Position numbers and translations under genes: made by a program. A stretch of DNA of 63,264 nt, the filler included, from Choristocarpus tenellus KU-1152 (taxonomy: Eukaryota > Protista > Phaeophyceae), in the NCBI GenBank assembly GCA_964200185.2. It is 6 parts of 6 records of this genome, joined end to end, with 100 filler letters (N's around TTAATTAATTAA, not from the genome) between each part and the next. Parts side by side here need not be neighbours in the genome. Positions count along the whole stretch, not along the records: positions 1 to 30,601 come from CAXNAD020000088.1; positions 30,702 to 33,888 come from CAXNAD020021684.1; positions 33,989 to 47,316 come from CAXNAD020001525.1; 3 more parts are not named here. The stretch is one strand, 5' to 3'. How positions within the stretch are numbered: the first letter of the stretch is position 1; each line of letters starts with the position of its first letter. This document shows, one piece after another, positions 24,986-36,951 of the stretch. A model generated the notes under the pieces. The model searched no databases. It was not told the origin of the DNA and worked only from the letters and a program-made list of their open reading frames with translations.

Positions 24986-26695
24986 ATGTCCCAATCGCGA
25001 AGATCAACGCGTTCACGTCAGACCCAGGATACTGAAAGTCAGAGCAATAAGTTTAGCCGTTGTGAAAGCTCGTCCAGTGCAAGCAAGGTAGGTTATCACT
25101 GTGATATGTGTTCTGATCGGTAAGTGTGCACAAATTCTGGACTATATAAAAGCAATACGCAATCTCCACTACAGAAGCATGTAAGCCACGGGTAAATATA
25201 GACCAGATTGGGCTGCGATTCTGCGGGATTGAACGATTTCCTCACCTCAGTCCCCACTTCTCAACTTTGCGCCCCTCTACTCTAACGTTTATAACCATTT
25301 CATTTGCATACCTCCAGCGATATGGGACCTACTCCGACGAAGAAGAATCAATGGAACCCCAGAGGAAACAATCGAGATTATCCGGGCGGGGGGGGGCTGG
25401 ATCAGGCTCAGGAGGGAGCCAAAGTGGTGGAGGGATTGACGACCTCACTCAGAGCCAGGTGGGTATGTAGGCTGTGCAACATTTGTTTGAACCCTGTAGC
25501 GAGTATTACCCTCTTTTCTCACCGCCGCCTTCGATGGATATCATATCTTGGCCTTATTATGGTATGATATTGAACTCTCCACGAGTGTGACAACGCTGGG
25601 TAGTGCTATCGTAACAATTTTTTTCAATCGTTCACTGTCCATTGCCTAGAGAATTAGGGAATACAGGTTTATTTCCATAGCCGGTGCTACTTGTAGCCAC
25701 ACCATCATGACTCTCCTTTACGCGATCGCCAGGCCTGTCAATACGAGGCACAAGCTAGGTTTTTTGTATGGAGCATTTTTATGGAGCAAGAGGTTGGCAA
25801 TGTGCATCATCAAAACACAGTTTAGTATGTAATGTATACTAGTTCGGTGTATAATCTAAAGCAGGACCGACCTCTTGAGCATGCTGAAGGGTCATACTGT
25901 TGCAGGAGATCAATCTCATTCTTTCATCAGTCCTCAAATGACTTTTCAGGGATAACTTATTTCAAGCACATTTTAGCGCAGAGAGTAGTGACCAGTGAGA
26001 GGCTGAGGCTTCAAGGACACTCAATATTAAAAATAATGGTATTGTGAGAGAGACTTCAGCTCATACTACAAGCTTCAAACATACGTGATCGACGAATCCT
26101 ATATTTGACAGGACAAGAACTTGCCTATTGTCTAACTTTACATCCATAGGCTAACTGTGCTGGAGTCTGACTATCTCCACACCTCTTGGGATGTAACCAT
26201 CATCAACTTTGAACAGGAGTGGGAGGATGGAGATGATTCAGGGTTGATATCCTTCTCACAGGCGCTCCAAGAGCGATGGGTGGCCGACCCCCTGGATTGC
26301 AAGATCGTTCTAGAGGTATGTGATAGCAGTGGTGACAGTGGAATGGTTTCAGGCATACCATCCACATTACTACTTGAAAAAAACTTCCTGGGTGTAGTCG
26401 TGTGTGTCATTTCCTCAACAATGTCCAATGCAACTCCCAGTCTAGTGTGATGTGCTTTTGCTTGTACAAAGTTGTTACATTTATTGTTATTATTGTGCCT
26501 GCTGTAACATTTATTATTATTTTCATATCTTTTGTGATGCGCTATAGATTTGCATGATGTTCCATACAGATACCACTGTTGACAACATCCCTTGTCATGA
26601 CAATTTTAATCAGAGATCCAGGATGTAGACACGGGGGCTTAGATTCGAGAGATGCACTCAGTCCCATAACTGTGGGTGGGTGAAGGCATGTAGTA

Positions 26696-26729
<34 letters not shown>

Positions 26730-29700
26730 GTTCATGAGAGGGTGCCAGTTGTGCAGTAAACAATAATAATAATATTGGGATGGTCACTTTCAGAGGCATC
26801 ATCATGTCCAACCACAAGATACACTCTAGATACACACATGATAAAGACAAGATAAACACAAGATAAACACAAGAAAAAACCAGCAACACGATTACAAACC
26901 AAATTTTCAAGAATAAGAATAATAATTACAATTTTTTTTCATAGTAGTGCAGTAGTGCAAATAACTATTGTAAGTGTAAGGAGCTTGTGCAATTGGAGAG
27001 CTTTGTGGTCGGATGAATGTTATTTGAAATGTAGTACTTTGTGTTGTGCTTGTGGAAGGAACAGTTTGCAATGGAACTATCAGCGGCATACAACTCATTT
27101 CAATAGATTATAGAGATGTGTGTGCTTTGCGGTATCCGCACTCTTTCCTCTCCATGGTATAGATTTGAAGGTCAGAAGATGCTTAGACCCATCAATGTAC
27201 TCACACATTTTAAGGCAGTGGCTCTTGAAAGCATAACTTCTCAAATGTTATCCATTGCCTCCAAGCTGTAACATAGCAATACTAAAGCTGTGTAGTGCCA
27301 TTTTCAAATGTAGGGTTGGTCAACTGGACTATGAATCATGACTATGATTTCGGTGAGGCACACGTTTAGCCCCTCAGTGCCTTTTGTTAGAAATAGATTT
27401 TTTTATATAATTTTTTTCACCCTCAAACTGCCAAAACAATTATATTAATGTATCAAACAAGGCCCATCGGGTGGACATTTGAGACAACCAGAACTTGGCT
27501 GCCTTGTGGCAGACCTCTGTAGAGTCTGGAGCCCACCCTTGTCTTCCTTAAGGCCTTTGAGGCCTTTCTTGTCCTAATCACGTCGCTACCGTAGGGATGG
27601 AAATTGTCACTGGTCTTTGGTTTTGATGTTTTGAAATATTTTTTTGAAACGTTTTTGTCATGCTTCTTTTTTTTTACCCTAAGGGGAAAAAAATGTATTG
27701 TTACGTTTTTTGAAGGGGACTGTCACCCGTTGAAGTCTTGTGGTGATGTTTGATGTTTGATGTTTGTGGATGTATCTCATCAATGTGCGCTCATTACAGT
27801 TCTTATGGCAGTTCGAGATCTCTCTCAAGGGGGTTACACCTTTGGACTAAAAGTAAAAAGAATGAAGATGATAGTAAAAAGAAATAATTATGCGAGTGTT
27901 GTCTGTCCCATATTAAAAAAAGTAAAAATAATCAAGTCTAAGTCTGAGTTAGGACATATTTGGCATATTGCAAACAAACTGGTGTTGACGAGTTTGTTTG
28001 ATGGATATGGATGCAGACTACAACTGCCTGTATCAAGAGTAGCCATGACCGTAAAGGGTGAGAACTAACCAAGGGTGAACTAACCAAGGGTGAGATGCAA
28101 TAGTATGCAGTAGGTGGTACAGGTTTGTAGACAGTAAGTGTTAACAGTGACAGACTAAGGAAACACTAAGGAAACATTACTGTTATTACCACAGAACAGA
28201 GCAATAGACACCACAGGGTGATGGAACTGAACTGTATCTCTGTATGACAGGGACAATAGCCTATGTTTCAGCAAATGCCACTTCACTTCCATTTCTTCCT
28301 CTCCCGCTGTGACCCACCATGCTCTAATATCAGCCTGTGTGTGTGTGTGTGTGTGTTTGCATGCCTTTGCTGTGTGGAAGCAGGAAAAAGATCTCAAGAA
28401 GGCTGAATCCATCACAAGTAGAGAGAAGGAGATACTGATTGCTCTGATGATGAGATTTCTGCTCATGAAGGGTAAGCCTGTGTAAGTTCCTTCCCTGTTG
28501 GGTTATTATTAACAGGGTAGGAAGAGGAGTCTGGGGTGGGAGCATGTTGAGAAATATGTATTGTATTATCATCACACTAAGGCCTCTCCATATCACACCC
28601 CTTAGTGTTAATTTGTGGTAATGTGCTAATGCCTATGTTTTATTTAATTGGTTCTTTTGAGGTTCACCAATGAACTTTATCGATTATAGTTTGTACTTTT
28701 TATTTTATTTTGTTCTGTTGGTTCTGAACCACAGTTAGTATACTACAGTTCTTGCTTGTGGAGAGCAAGTGGAAGGTCGTTTTGATGTGAGTGAACTATG
28801 ATGTATGGTGATAGTCAAGAGTGCCAATAGTGGCAAAAGATGTGAAAGAACAACACGCCTCCATTGAAGCCACTTGCGTCAAAAACCACCTAAACTTGGG
28901 GTCGTTGGGTGACTTGATCAAATTACAGAAGTATTCATTTGTTGTATCAAATGTCGACTCACGACTTGATTTCATTTAACTTTTAACATTCAACATTTGG
29001 CATTCAACATTTAACATTTAACATTTAACAGGCAGGATGCCTGTGGAATCATCCCTACCACCCCCACCCTCTCACTTACCAACCCACCTACCCCTGTCCA
29101 CCCCCCCTGGCACCTACCCTCCTTCCTATTGACCTGCTGCAGTCCATCTAACCCTAACCCTGACCCATCATATATTAAAAATAGTTAGGAGTCCAACACA
29201 ATATGTTCTCATAAGATGTAGCTTTAGTGTTTGACTTCTATTGTACTGATATTATGGTGTAGGTTTAGGGTTTGATAAAACAATATTGTTCATGTCCATA
29301 CCAATCAATGCCTCCAATAGAGGTTACACTCAGGTTTGGGTCTTCCATGTAGGTTTATTTTCTCCTCTGATGGTTCTAGATGTGTGTCAATCTCCTTCTC
29401 TGCAACTGTCTATACAGTATGTGTATCAATCCGTAACCGTTGAATTCTGCACACAACATGCACCTGTAACACTTACAACACTTGTAACGGGGGGGGTTTT
29501 CATCAGGATCAAACCATTCACCTCCTAACCCTCCTCCCAGGTCTGAAGAATGAGCCAATAACAAAGGATGAGATCCTGAAGCAAGTTATTGGGAAAGTGG
29601 GAGAGGGTATGCGAAAAAGGGGTGTCCTCAAATACATTCTTGGCATGGCTGATGAGGCTCTGAGAAACACCTTTGGCTATCGGCTAAAGGCATCTCCTGA

Positions 29701-29749
29701 AGGGAAACCATACACAGTGAAGGACACCTACTACCTCATGAACACCCTG
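24986..29749 (+). CDS. NSE3: MAGE-domain protein / NSE3 (SMC5/6 non-SMC element 3), 5' part, truncated by contig end
   Basis: Exons 24986-25087 (ATG), 25318-25458, 28384-28471 (or from 28381) and 29541-29749, all phase-compatible. A low-complexity N-terminus precedes EKEILIALMMRFLLMKG-LKNEPITKDEILKQVI...ILGMADEALRNTFGYRL...YYLMNTL, the MAGE winged-helix-A pattern. An extra small exon between 25459 and 28380 cannot be excluded. Confidence 0.85.
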
Positions 29750-29785
29750 GTCAGTTGTGTCTTGCTTCTATTGCAAACATGAGCG

Positions 29786-29834
29786 GAACATGGCCAGAAC
29801 ATGACCAGAACATGACCAGAACATGACCAGAACC
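29786..29834. repeat. 11-bp tandem repeat, about 4 copies
   Basis: GAACATGACCA repeated. Confidence 0.9.
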
Positions 29835-30601
29835 ACCACAACAAATGTTCCCCAAGGACAGAGAAATACGTGTCCCATGCTTGTGTAGGGTATGTAACTT
29901 TTGATCAAAATTCCAAAACCTGATGTGATTCTTCATTCTCAATGAGTAAGTATTTCATCCTTTTTGTCGATATCATATGTGCAACTCCTTCCTTTTTAGT
30001 GAACGTTGCTGACCTTGATAGAAATTGATAGACATTGATATAGAATCAAAAGATGCACAGCTAACTGAAACTGACTCCAACCAGAATGACTCATATTTCC
30101 AATAGAAATATCTGGTGGTACAATATGTGTCAGTATAGCATACTACTACGTAGTACTAAAAAGAATAGAAAGGGTACAACATACAAGAATATGCAACAGG
30201 CACTATCAAAATACACATGTGTACCTGGGAAATTGTGCTGCACTGGTGGGTTTTGTTGATGAATCACGCATGAATCTTGCACGAATCGTACACAAGAAGG
30301 CGAACAGTGGTACAACATTACGTAACTGTTGTTAGGAACGGCTCTACACGTGGAGTAATCTAGAACAGTTTTCGGCTACCTTAACCCTTGTTAGGAAATA
30401 CTTAACAAGGAAGTGATCACAAGTGAATTGTGACAACTAGTGCATTGCCCTCAACCTGGGGCACAATGCTGGTCCCCATCACCCCTACCTGAGGGAGGGT
30501 GGCAGATGCTGTAGGTATGTTCACTGTGCTTTCCGTTCAGGCCACCGGCCCCCTCCCCCAATAGCTCTCTCCAGGAAGAAAATATGAAAATATTTCAATA
30601 C

Positions 30602-30701
30602 NNNNNNNNNNNNNNNNNNNNNNNNNNNNNNNNNNNNNNNNNNNNTTAATTAATTAANNNNNNNNNNNNNNNNNNNNNNNNNNNNNNNNNNNNNNNNNNN
30701 N
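30602..30701. other. Artificial contig-joining spacer
   Basis: N44-TTAATTAATTAA-N44; the core has stop codons in all six frames. Confidence 0.97.
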
Positions 30702-31376
30702 CTCCCCCCCCCCGGGGCGCAGGAGTAGGTAGATAGGAAGACGGTAGTAGTACGATATTGATAGTGATGAAGTAACTGATATATTAGTGGTTGGTGGTTT
30801 TCACACTTACAGTGTTTTGTAGTGTTTTCACATTTATGGTATTTTATTTCTTTAGGGCTAATAACGACACATGTGTGAATCGTGTGATTCTGTGGCGGTG
30901 TGGTTCACTCAGGCAAGGGTGGTGAAGAGAATCCCTGGGCAAGACGGACCACACGAACAAGAACAAACCGTAACCGAGGATACTAGGTTAAGGTTGGACA
31001 AGTGCCAACTGAGGAGTGATGAGCATCATCGAGATGGGGCTTCATCATCAGTCAAGATGTGAGAATAGAGTGGATCTTCCATGTGTGACAACTCTGAATG
31101 ACGAGCCGTAATAAGTCTATGGGATTGGTCACATGAAGAGATTCCATGGTTTCATTCTGACAGAATGTCCGTCCGTGAAATCACGAACTCTTGACTCGGA
31201 ACCTCAATCGGTACCACGGTATAATGGTATATGGCATATGGCATATGGCAATAACGATATAATAACAGGCAAACATGCTTTCCACGTATGTATAGTTTTC
31301 ATTGGTTTTCCCCTGACACACCTGCAAAATGTCGGAGGGCAAAATAAAATAATAATATATATAAGAAAATCCTCTA

Positions 31377-32950
31377 CAGAGGTACCACTAGCTTCGCCCT
31401 CTGGGGTTGTCCCGTTATAACGTTTGATGTAGACATCGGATTTAAACAATAAAACCATATTCATGATGCCCGTCACAATGCCCTCCAGAGTACGGACTTC
31501 GTCTTTTTTCGCCGTTTTTTCCTATTTTTGAAGAAAGAGTGGTCATATTGGGGTTCAAACGCTGGATTGTAGGTCACCAAGAGTGGCAACAGATATACTA
31601 TTACTTGATTAAAGTATAAGGTTTAGTCGGGAAAAAAGCCTCCCCACCGTTTCTTCCTGTGCGTTCGCGCACCCATTCTTTCACCTCACCAAGGATGTCC
31701 TCATCGAGGCCCAGAACAAAACACCTCCCATCGCACCCTTGCTCCAACACCTTGATGTGACCCTTAGTTAGAAATTCTCTCTCCCATTTACTCACAGTCT
31801 CCGACCTGACTATTGCCTATCCTGCTGCCATCTCGAGTGCTGTTGACAGTCTTTCCCGTCATTCATACACAGGTACAGGATTCGCAGTGTTAGAGCCTTT
31901 ACTATCACATTTCCTCGTTGAGCACCCGAAATGGGTAACCTTCTTTTGGGTTTCAGAAGCCCTTGTACCCCAACCCTAACACCTTCTTTCTCGTTTCAAG
32001 CCACTCTGACTCATATAGCTTCCAAACAGCTAGGGCTTGCTGCAACTGTCGACTACTAAGATATTCTACACCCGGGTTTTCGCTTAGGCATTTCCTGAGG
32101 GCAATGGCACACTGTCGCACTGCTCTCCTCCTCAACCTTCCCTTCAGTCGGCCACTCTGGTTCTCCCTTCGTCTTCCGTGACCAGGCTTCCCCACAGACT
32201 TCGTCACTGTACCATACCTGGTGATGGACTAGCTGTTCTCTTCCTGCTTTCCCGAGGCGGCAGAGACTGCAGAACAGTGCTCCGACGTGGTTGGAGATCC
32301 AACCGCATTTGTGTTGTAATGCTTTCAATGCATCTTCTCTCGGCATCAGTGTCGTGACCGCGTGGTCCATTTCGCTATTTGATCATGCTGCTGCGCCACA
32401 CTACTCGCTCTTTCTCGTCACCTAACATCGCACTGAGTTTCACACGGTACTTGTTTTTTTGTCGCCTCTCTTGACAGAGAAGGTGCCGAGGGTAGATCCA
32501 GGGGGCAGGGTGGCCTCGGTGGCTCTCCTTTTCTCACCGCCGTGGTCCATGTTGTTGTGTAAGTCACGTGTGTGTGTGCTCACCGAAAGTCTGCAAAAGG
32601 CGTTAAAATGGTGTCCGGAAATCTTGATTTTTTTTTCGGGAACATCACACCGGCCAAACTTGGACAGGGTCCTGCCCCGAACCAGCTTTTTGCAAGGAGT
32701 TCAGCCAACCACTTCTTTTTGTCGATTTTGAAGTCGTGACCGTCAAAATTGCGCCGGAGATATTCCTCCGCGTTTTTTCCATTATTTGATGGGGGCGTAG
32801 CTCATCTTCCCCGAAGCTTCAACAAAATCCAGTACAACCCCTCTTGTCACACCTTTTCATTTGATTTATAGATATTGTTGTATATCTGGTGTCATGTTCC
32901 CGTGAACAAATTCAAGATTGCCACAGAGGGCGAAGCTACTGGTACCACCT
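31377..32950 (-). mobile_element. Non-autonomous TIR DNA transposon (IS630/Tc1/mariner-like) with decayed transposase N-terminus
   Basis: Inverted repeats GGTACCACTAGCTTCGCCCTCTG (31381-31403) and CAGAGGGCGAAGCTACTGGTACC (32924-32946), 22/23 identical. TA sits symmetrically at 31375-76 and 32951-52. A broken minus-strand ORF contains ETVSKWEREFLTKG...LDEDILGEVKEWVRE. Confidence 0.65.
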
Positions 32951-33888
32951 TACCAAAATCAGCACGCCAAAATGAAATTCACTATCAGAAAGAAACAATG
33001 CAAAAAACAAGAAAGGCCACCCAAAGGTAACAAGCAAGTTCAAACCATCTTCACCTCCGTTAGTGGTCGCCCAGTGACGAAAGAGCAGTCTGCCGTAGCC
33101 TGTGTTAGCTTCCGTCTATTTCGACCCTTCCCTAGACATTCCTCAATGGATTGAGCAATGGTGGTAGGTCTTTGTCCGAATGGTGTCGACTTCTATCATT
33201 TGCCCTGTCTGTGGCTGAAGCAAGTGGGGATCGAAGCACAGGCTTGGGAACGGATGTGACTGGTCGAACGGGTTTTGATGCATTGCTTTTTGGAATGAAT
33301 GAGAGGCCCGTATTACGCAGGAACCAAAGCAGGTTGTTTGTTTACGGCAGCACAGACAGCGGGCGAGGACTTCTGGGTTAAAACAGGTTGAAGCATCGGT
33401 GTGAGTGTTGCCAGTACACTGTTGACAACCTCTTGGTGTGGCAGTGAAGTCTGGCTTGATACCTCATCGTGCATGGACTTCCTGTTCTGGCGAGGTAGTC
33501 CTAGTTCCTGGCTAACGACCGGGGTTTCGACTGAGGCAGCGAAAGGGTGTGACATCCTAGCAAACATAGCACCCGCGCTAACCACGTAATTAAGGATGAT
33601 TTTACGCCTAAAGAGGCCATCTTCATCAGGAGAACATGGGCGTTGTTGTCTTTCAATGCTCTTTCCATCATTTCCCATTTATTCGATGTTGTCACCTGCT
33701 GGCTAAGGCTCACTCATGGGGGCCCAGGACTCTGAACCGGACAATCCATACCAAGTCAAATGAGGTATTCTGAAGGTGCAGGTCTCCTGTGAGACTTAAA
33801 TGTCTTGTACACCCTGTCCAATTTGGCGCAATCCATGCCTATCTCGTTGGACTATATCAGGGGGTAAGCAATACTCAACCTGAAGAAC

Positions 33889-33988
33889 NNNNNNNNNNNN
33901 NNNNNNNNNNNNNNNNNNNNNNNNNNNNNNNNTTAATTAATTAANNNNNNNNNNNNNNNNNNNNNNNNNNNNNNNNNNNNNNNNNNNN
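33889..33988. other. Artificial contig-joining spacer
   Basis: Same 100-bp N/TTAATTAATTAA/N linker. Confidence 0.97.
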
Positions 33989-34099
33989 TTATTGGGTAAG
34001 GCACCACCCTCTACACCACCTGCAAGGGTAGTAATGACTTCACCCCCTCCCCCCCCCCTCCTCCCCCACCCAAGCAAAGTCTTCCACTCAATCACTCAC

Positions 34100-36620
34100 T
34101 CGGTTTCCAATGAGGACCCCTGCTGTGTCAAGCTCTCGGACCACTGTCGAGAACTCGTAGTGATTTCCTCGGTCATAATAAAGTTCTGAAATGTCAACAG
34201 ATGCAAGAATGTTGTGGGGGGGGGGGGGGGGGGGGAAAGAGAAGAAGGGGGGGGGGTAAACACCATGAAAAAAGGATGTAAGTCGGGGGAGGGAGGGGAA
34301 TGGGAGCTTTCCTCTGCATCTAGCACTCCTAATGCTGTGGTGGAGAAGCTCTAGGCATGATAGGTTCCCACCATCAGTGTAAGGGGGATGAAGACTAGTC
34401 CAGAAAACAGATTGAACTCCTAAGATGGATTCAACCCCTACAAAAAGAGGGAAAACACGCGTATCTCCTCCTTACAGTTACTGCTTGTATCGCACAGTAT
34501 CCCTCAGTAGCCCATACATACATCACACAGATCTAAACAGAGATTGAGGTACTGCTATGTAGAAATTTGTGGGATTAAGGGGTGTGTGGGAGGGTAAGGT
34601 ACCACAGATGAGTCTTGCCAAAGCTGGTCTCGTGGTTGTAACCAAAGGATCAAGACTATTAGAAAAGTCAAGCAACGAGAGTGGGAGAGGGGAAGTGGAG
34701 GGGAAAGGCAGGGAGGGCGGGGGGGGGGGGGAGGGGGGGGGGACGGGGGGGGGGGGGGGGGGGGGCATTTCAGGGGGGCTGGCATCCGTTGCCATCTCAA
34801 GTAGCACCAATGGAGAGTCAGATATCCTTGGTCTTCCCAAAACCACCCTTGCAATCATTCATGTAGCAACTTGCCTAGCTGTTGGCATGTTGCGATATAA
34901 CTTTGGGTCATCAGTTCTTGAGTCGCACACTACAAACCAAAAAAAATATAGAAAAATGGCCCGTAAAGAAGTGTAACTGACATGTATTTCTGAGCATATA
35001 CTTTCAAGTGTGGTAGTACTTTGTTTTTATTTTGGAATGAAATGGTACCCATTGCTTTGCATTGCATGTCTTTCGTGGCATGACATCACTCTTGGACCCA
35101 GAAATCACGACGATTTCTCATCCTTTTGTCACCTGGAGTATGTCACAATCTAATACATGTTGCATCTGCCGGCAATGCGATGACAACCCAACAACAAGAC
35201 GAATGACAATTTTTTACTGACTTCTATGTACTTCAAAATTGGACATCGTTTGCCTTCTCACAAGAAGATTCAAATCCACTACAAAAGGTGCAGTCCATCT
35301 ACGGGGACTGAGGGAGGTTCTCACCTATTTGCCCAATCATCTCTGCCTTGATTCCCAAGTGTTCCACCTTCTTTCCCGGCGCGACCAGAACTGTTGCTGA
35401 TCCGCTCACTGGCTGCAGACACAGGACGCCCCCCCCCACCCCCCAATAAGTCGTCATTTAGCAGATGGTGTCAATGATTGGGTCAGCTTCAGCATCAATG
35501 TTAAATGCAAACAATGACGCTGGTGGATGTGTGCGTGTGTGTTTGTGTAGATGTTGTAGTTGTAGGGATGTTGGTTAAAGTTGGCAATACCTGGTCCATC
35601 AAAGGCGAGGGATCTTCAGTGAGAGTTGGACCCCCTACTTTTCTCCATAGGTTCTTGGCGCGTACTTTGTGTGATCTGGGCTATAGTGCACTTGTTGCAT
35701 ATCCTGTTGCATATCCCTGGCAAACATTGGAGAAGGAATACAAAAGCAGACCCTTCCCCTCCTACAATCTTTGCAAGGACCAGTCTATAGGGCCCTATAT
35801 CACAGAGGGTTCTGTAACACACTGTGTCCTGCAGTTATGAACACGTATGCAAACAATTTAATAGTGAACGCACGAATTTGCAATTAACCGGAGCTTCGCC
35901 GAAGTCAGATGGCAAGGGGAAATAATGGCGCTTAGGAATTGACATACTAAAATGAAGACAGCGACCCTTCCGATTGTTCAAAATTATGATCTCCTGAGGC
36001 AACAGCGCGATGATCAATTGTTCAAGTTCGTCACTATTCCAAAGTCATCGAGCACTGGATTGTATTTACCAAGGGCATATTATAGAATGGGGAAGTAACA
36101 AACGCTCTCACCTCGCTGCCCTGGAATATAGGGAGAGATTCCGTCACTCTCTTGTCGCCCGGTTGCACCTCCTTTGTCGGCCTCTTATCAGCATGATCGA
36201 ATTCCACTAGGATCGTTACTCCCGGGTTGAGACCGAACAGTGCTTGCTGCGTGACAATAAAAGAGGGTCGCAAGTCAGGACAACTTGAGAGGTTCGAAAC
36301 TGGAGAAGGGCGATGAAATGCACAGAAATGACTCCCATCATCTTTGCCACATGAAATATATAATTGAGAGGCTTCGAGTCTATCTTCAACATTATAGCAC
36401 TATCTGCTGTTCAGATAACCTACACATCTGCATTGGTCCGAAGTTTGCCCCACTTGGCAATAAATTGCATATACTGCAAGGGATGGCCTTGCAATCCCTA
36501 TATACACAAAATAATACTATCATATCTACCTCACATCAAGTTCAAATGAAAACAAGCCTGGGATTCCATAGAACCTGCCAACAAATCGTGAGGGAAGCTG
36601 GAGAGGGATCTTCTCACCAT
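34100..36620 (-). CDS. VPS26: Retromer subunit VPS26, 5' part, truncated by contig end
   Basis: Exons (minus strand) 36618-36620 (ATG only), 36112-36246, 35325-35412, 34100-34185. They give M-QALFGLNPGVTILVEFD...LPIFQGSE-PVSGSATVLVAPGKKVEHLGIKAEMIGQIE-LYYDRGNHYEFSTVVRELDTAGVL, matching the VPS26 signature GKKxEHxGIKxExIGQIELYYDRGNH. Confidence 0.95.
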
Positions 36621-36951
36621 GGTTGATGTGGTGCCCAAATGGGAGGGATGTTCCCTCCCCTCGTTCCCCCTTGCTCTCTTTCGCCCTTTTTCTTTGCCTT
36701 GTCAGAAACTATCTCCTGTTCTTAATTCCTGGCGTTAGTTGCCCTCCACTCGTACCCCTTACCTGGAGGTTGACACGATACTTCACCCAAGACAAACAAG
36801 GAACGTTCCAAAGTAGGTGATCCTGTGAGGGTTGTCACAGGACTTCGAGGGCGTTAGGTTGAAACCCCACACAAGTATTTAACAACGACCAAACCATTTT
36901 GTATACAAAAATCTATCTGACTTGTTTTACACACTTCATAGATATGACATC
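36621..36951. promoter_or_regulatory. Putative bidirectional promoter between VPS26 and the coiled-coil gene
   Basis: Divergent ATGs are 331 bp apart in a CpG-retaining region. A probable 5'UTR intron lies on the + side (donor about 36817, acceptor 36941). Confidence 0.5.

Noticed and set aside
26157-26450. 97-aa acidic ORF as an extra NSE3 exon
   Set aside because: No convincing phase-compatible splice pair and no MAGE similarity; the flanking exons already join in frame.
30646-30657. TTAATTAATTAA as a recurring biological motif or piggyBac site
   Set aside because: It is always centred in exactly 88 Ns, so it is a synthetic linker.
34523-34976. Pro-rich/Gly-rich ORFs, including a PARP-like IARVVLG
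   Set aside because: They come from G homopolymers inside a VPS26 intron, and no other PARP motifs are present.
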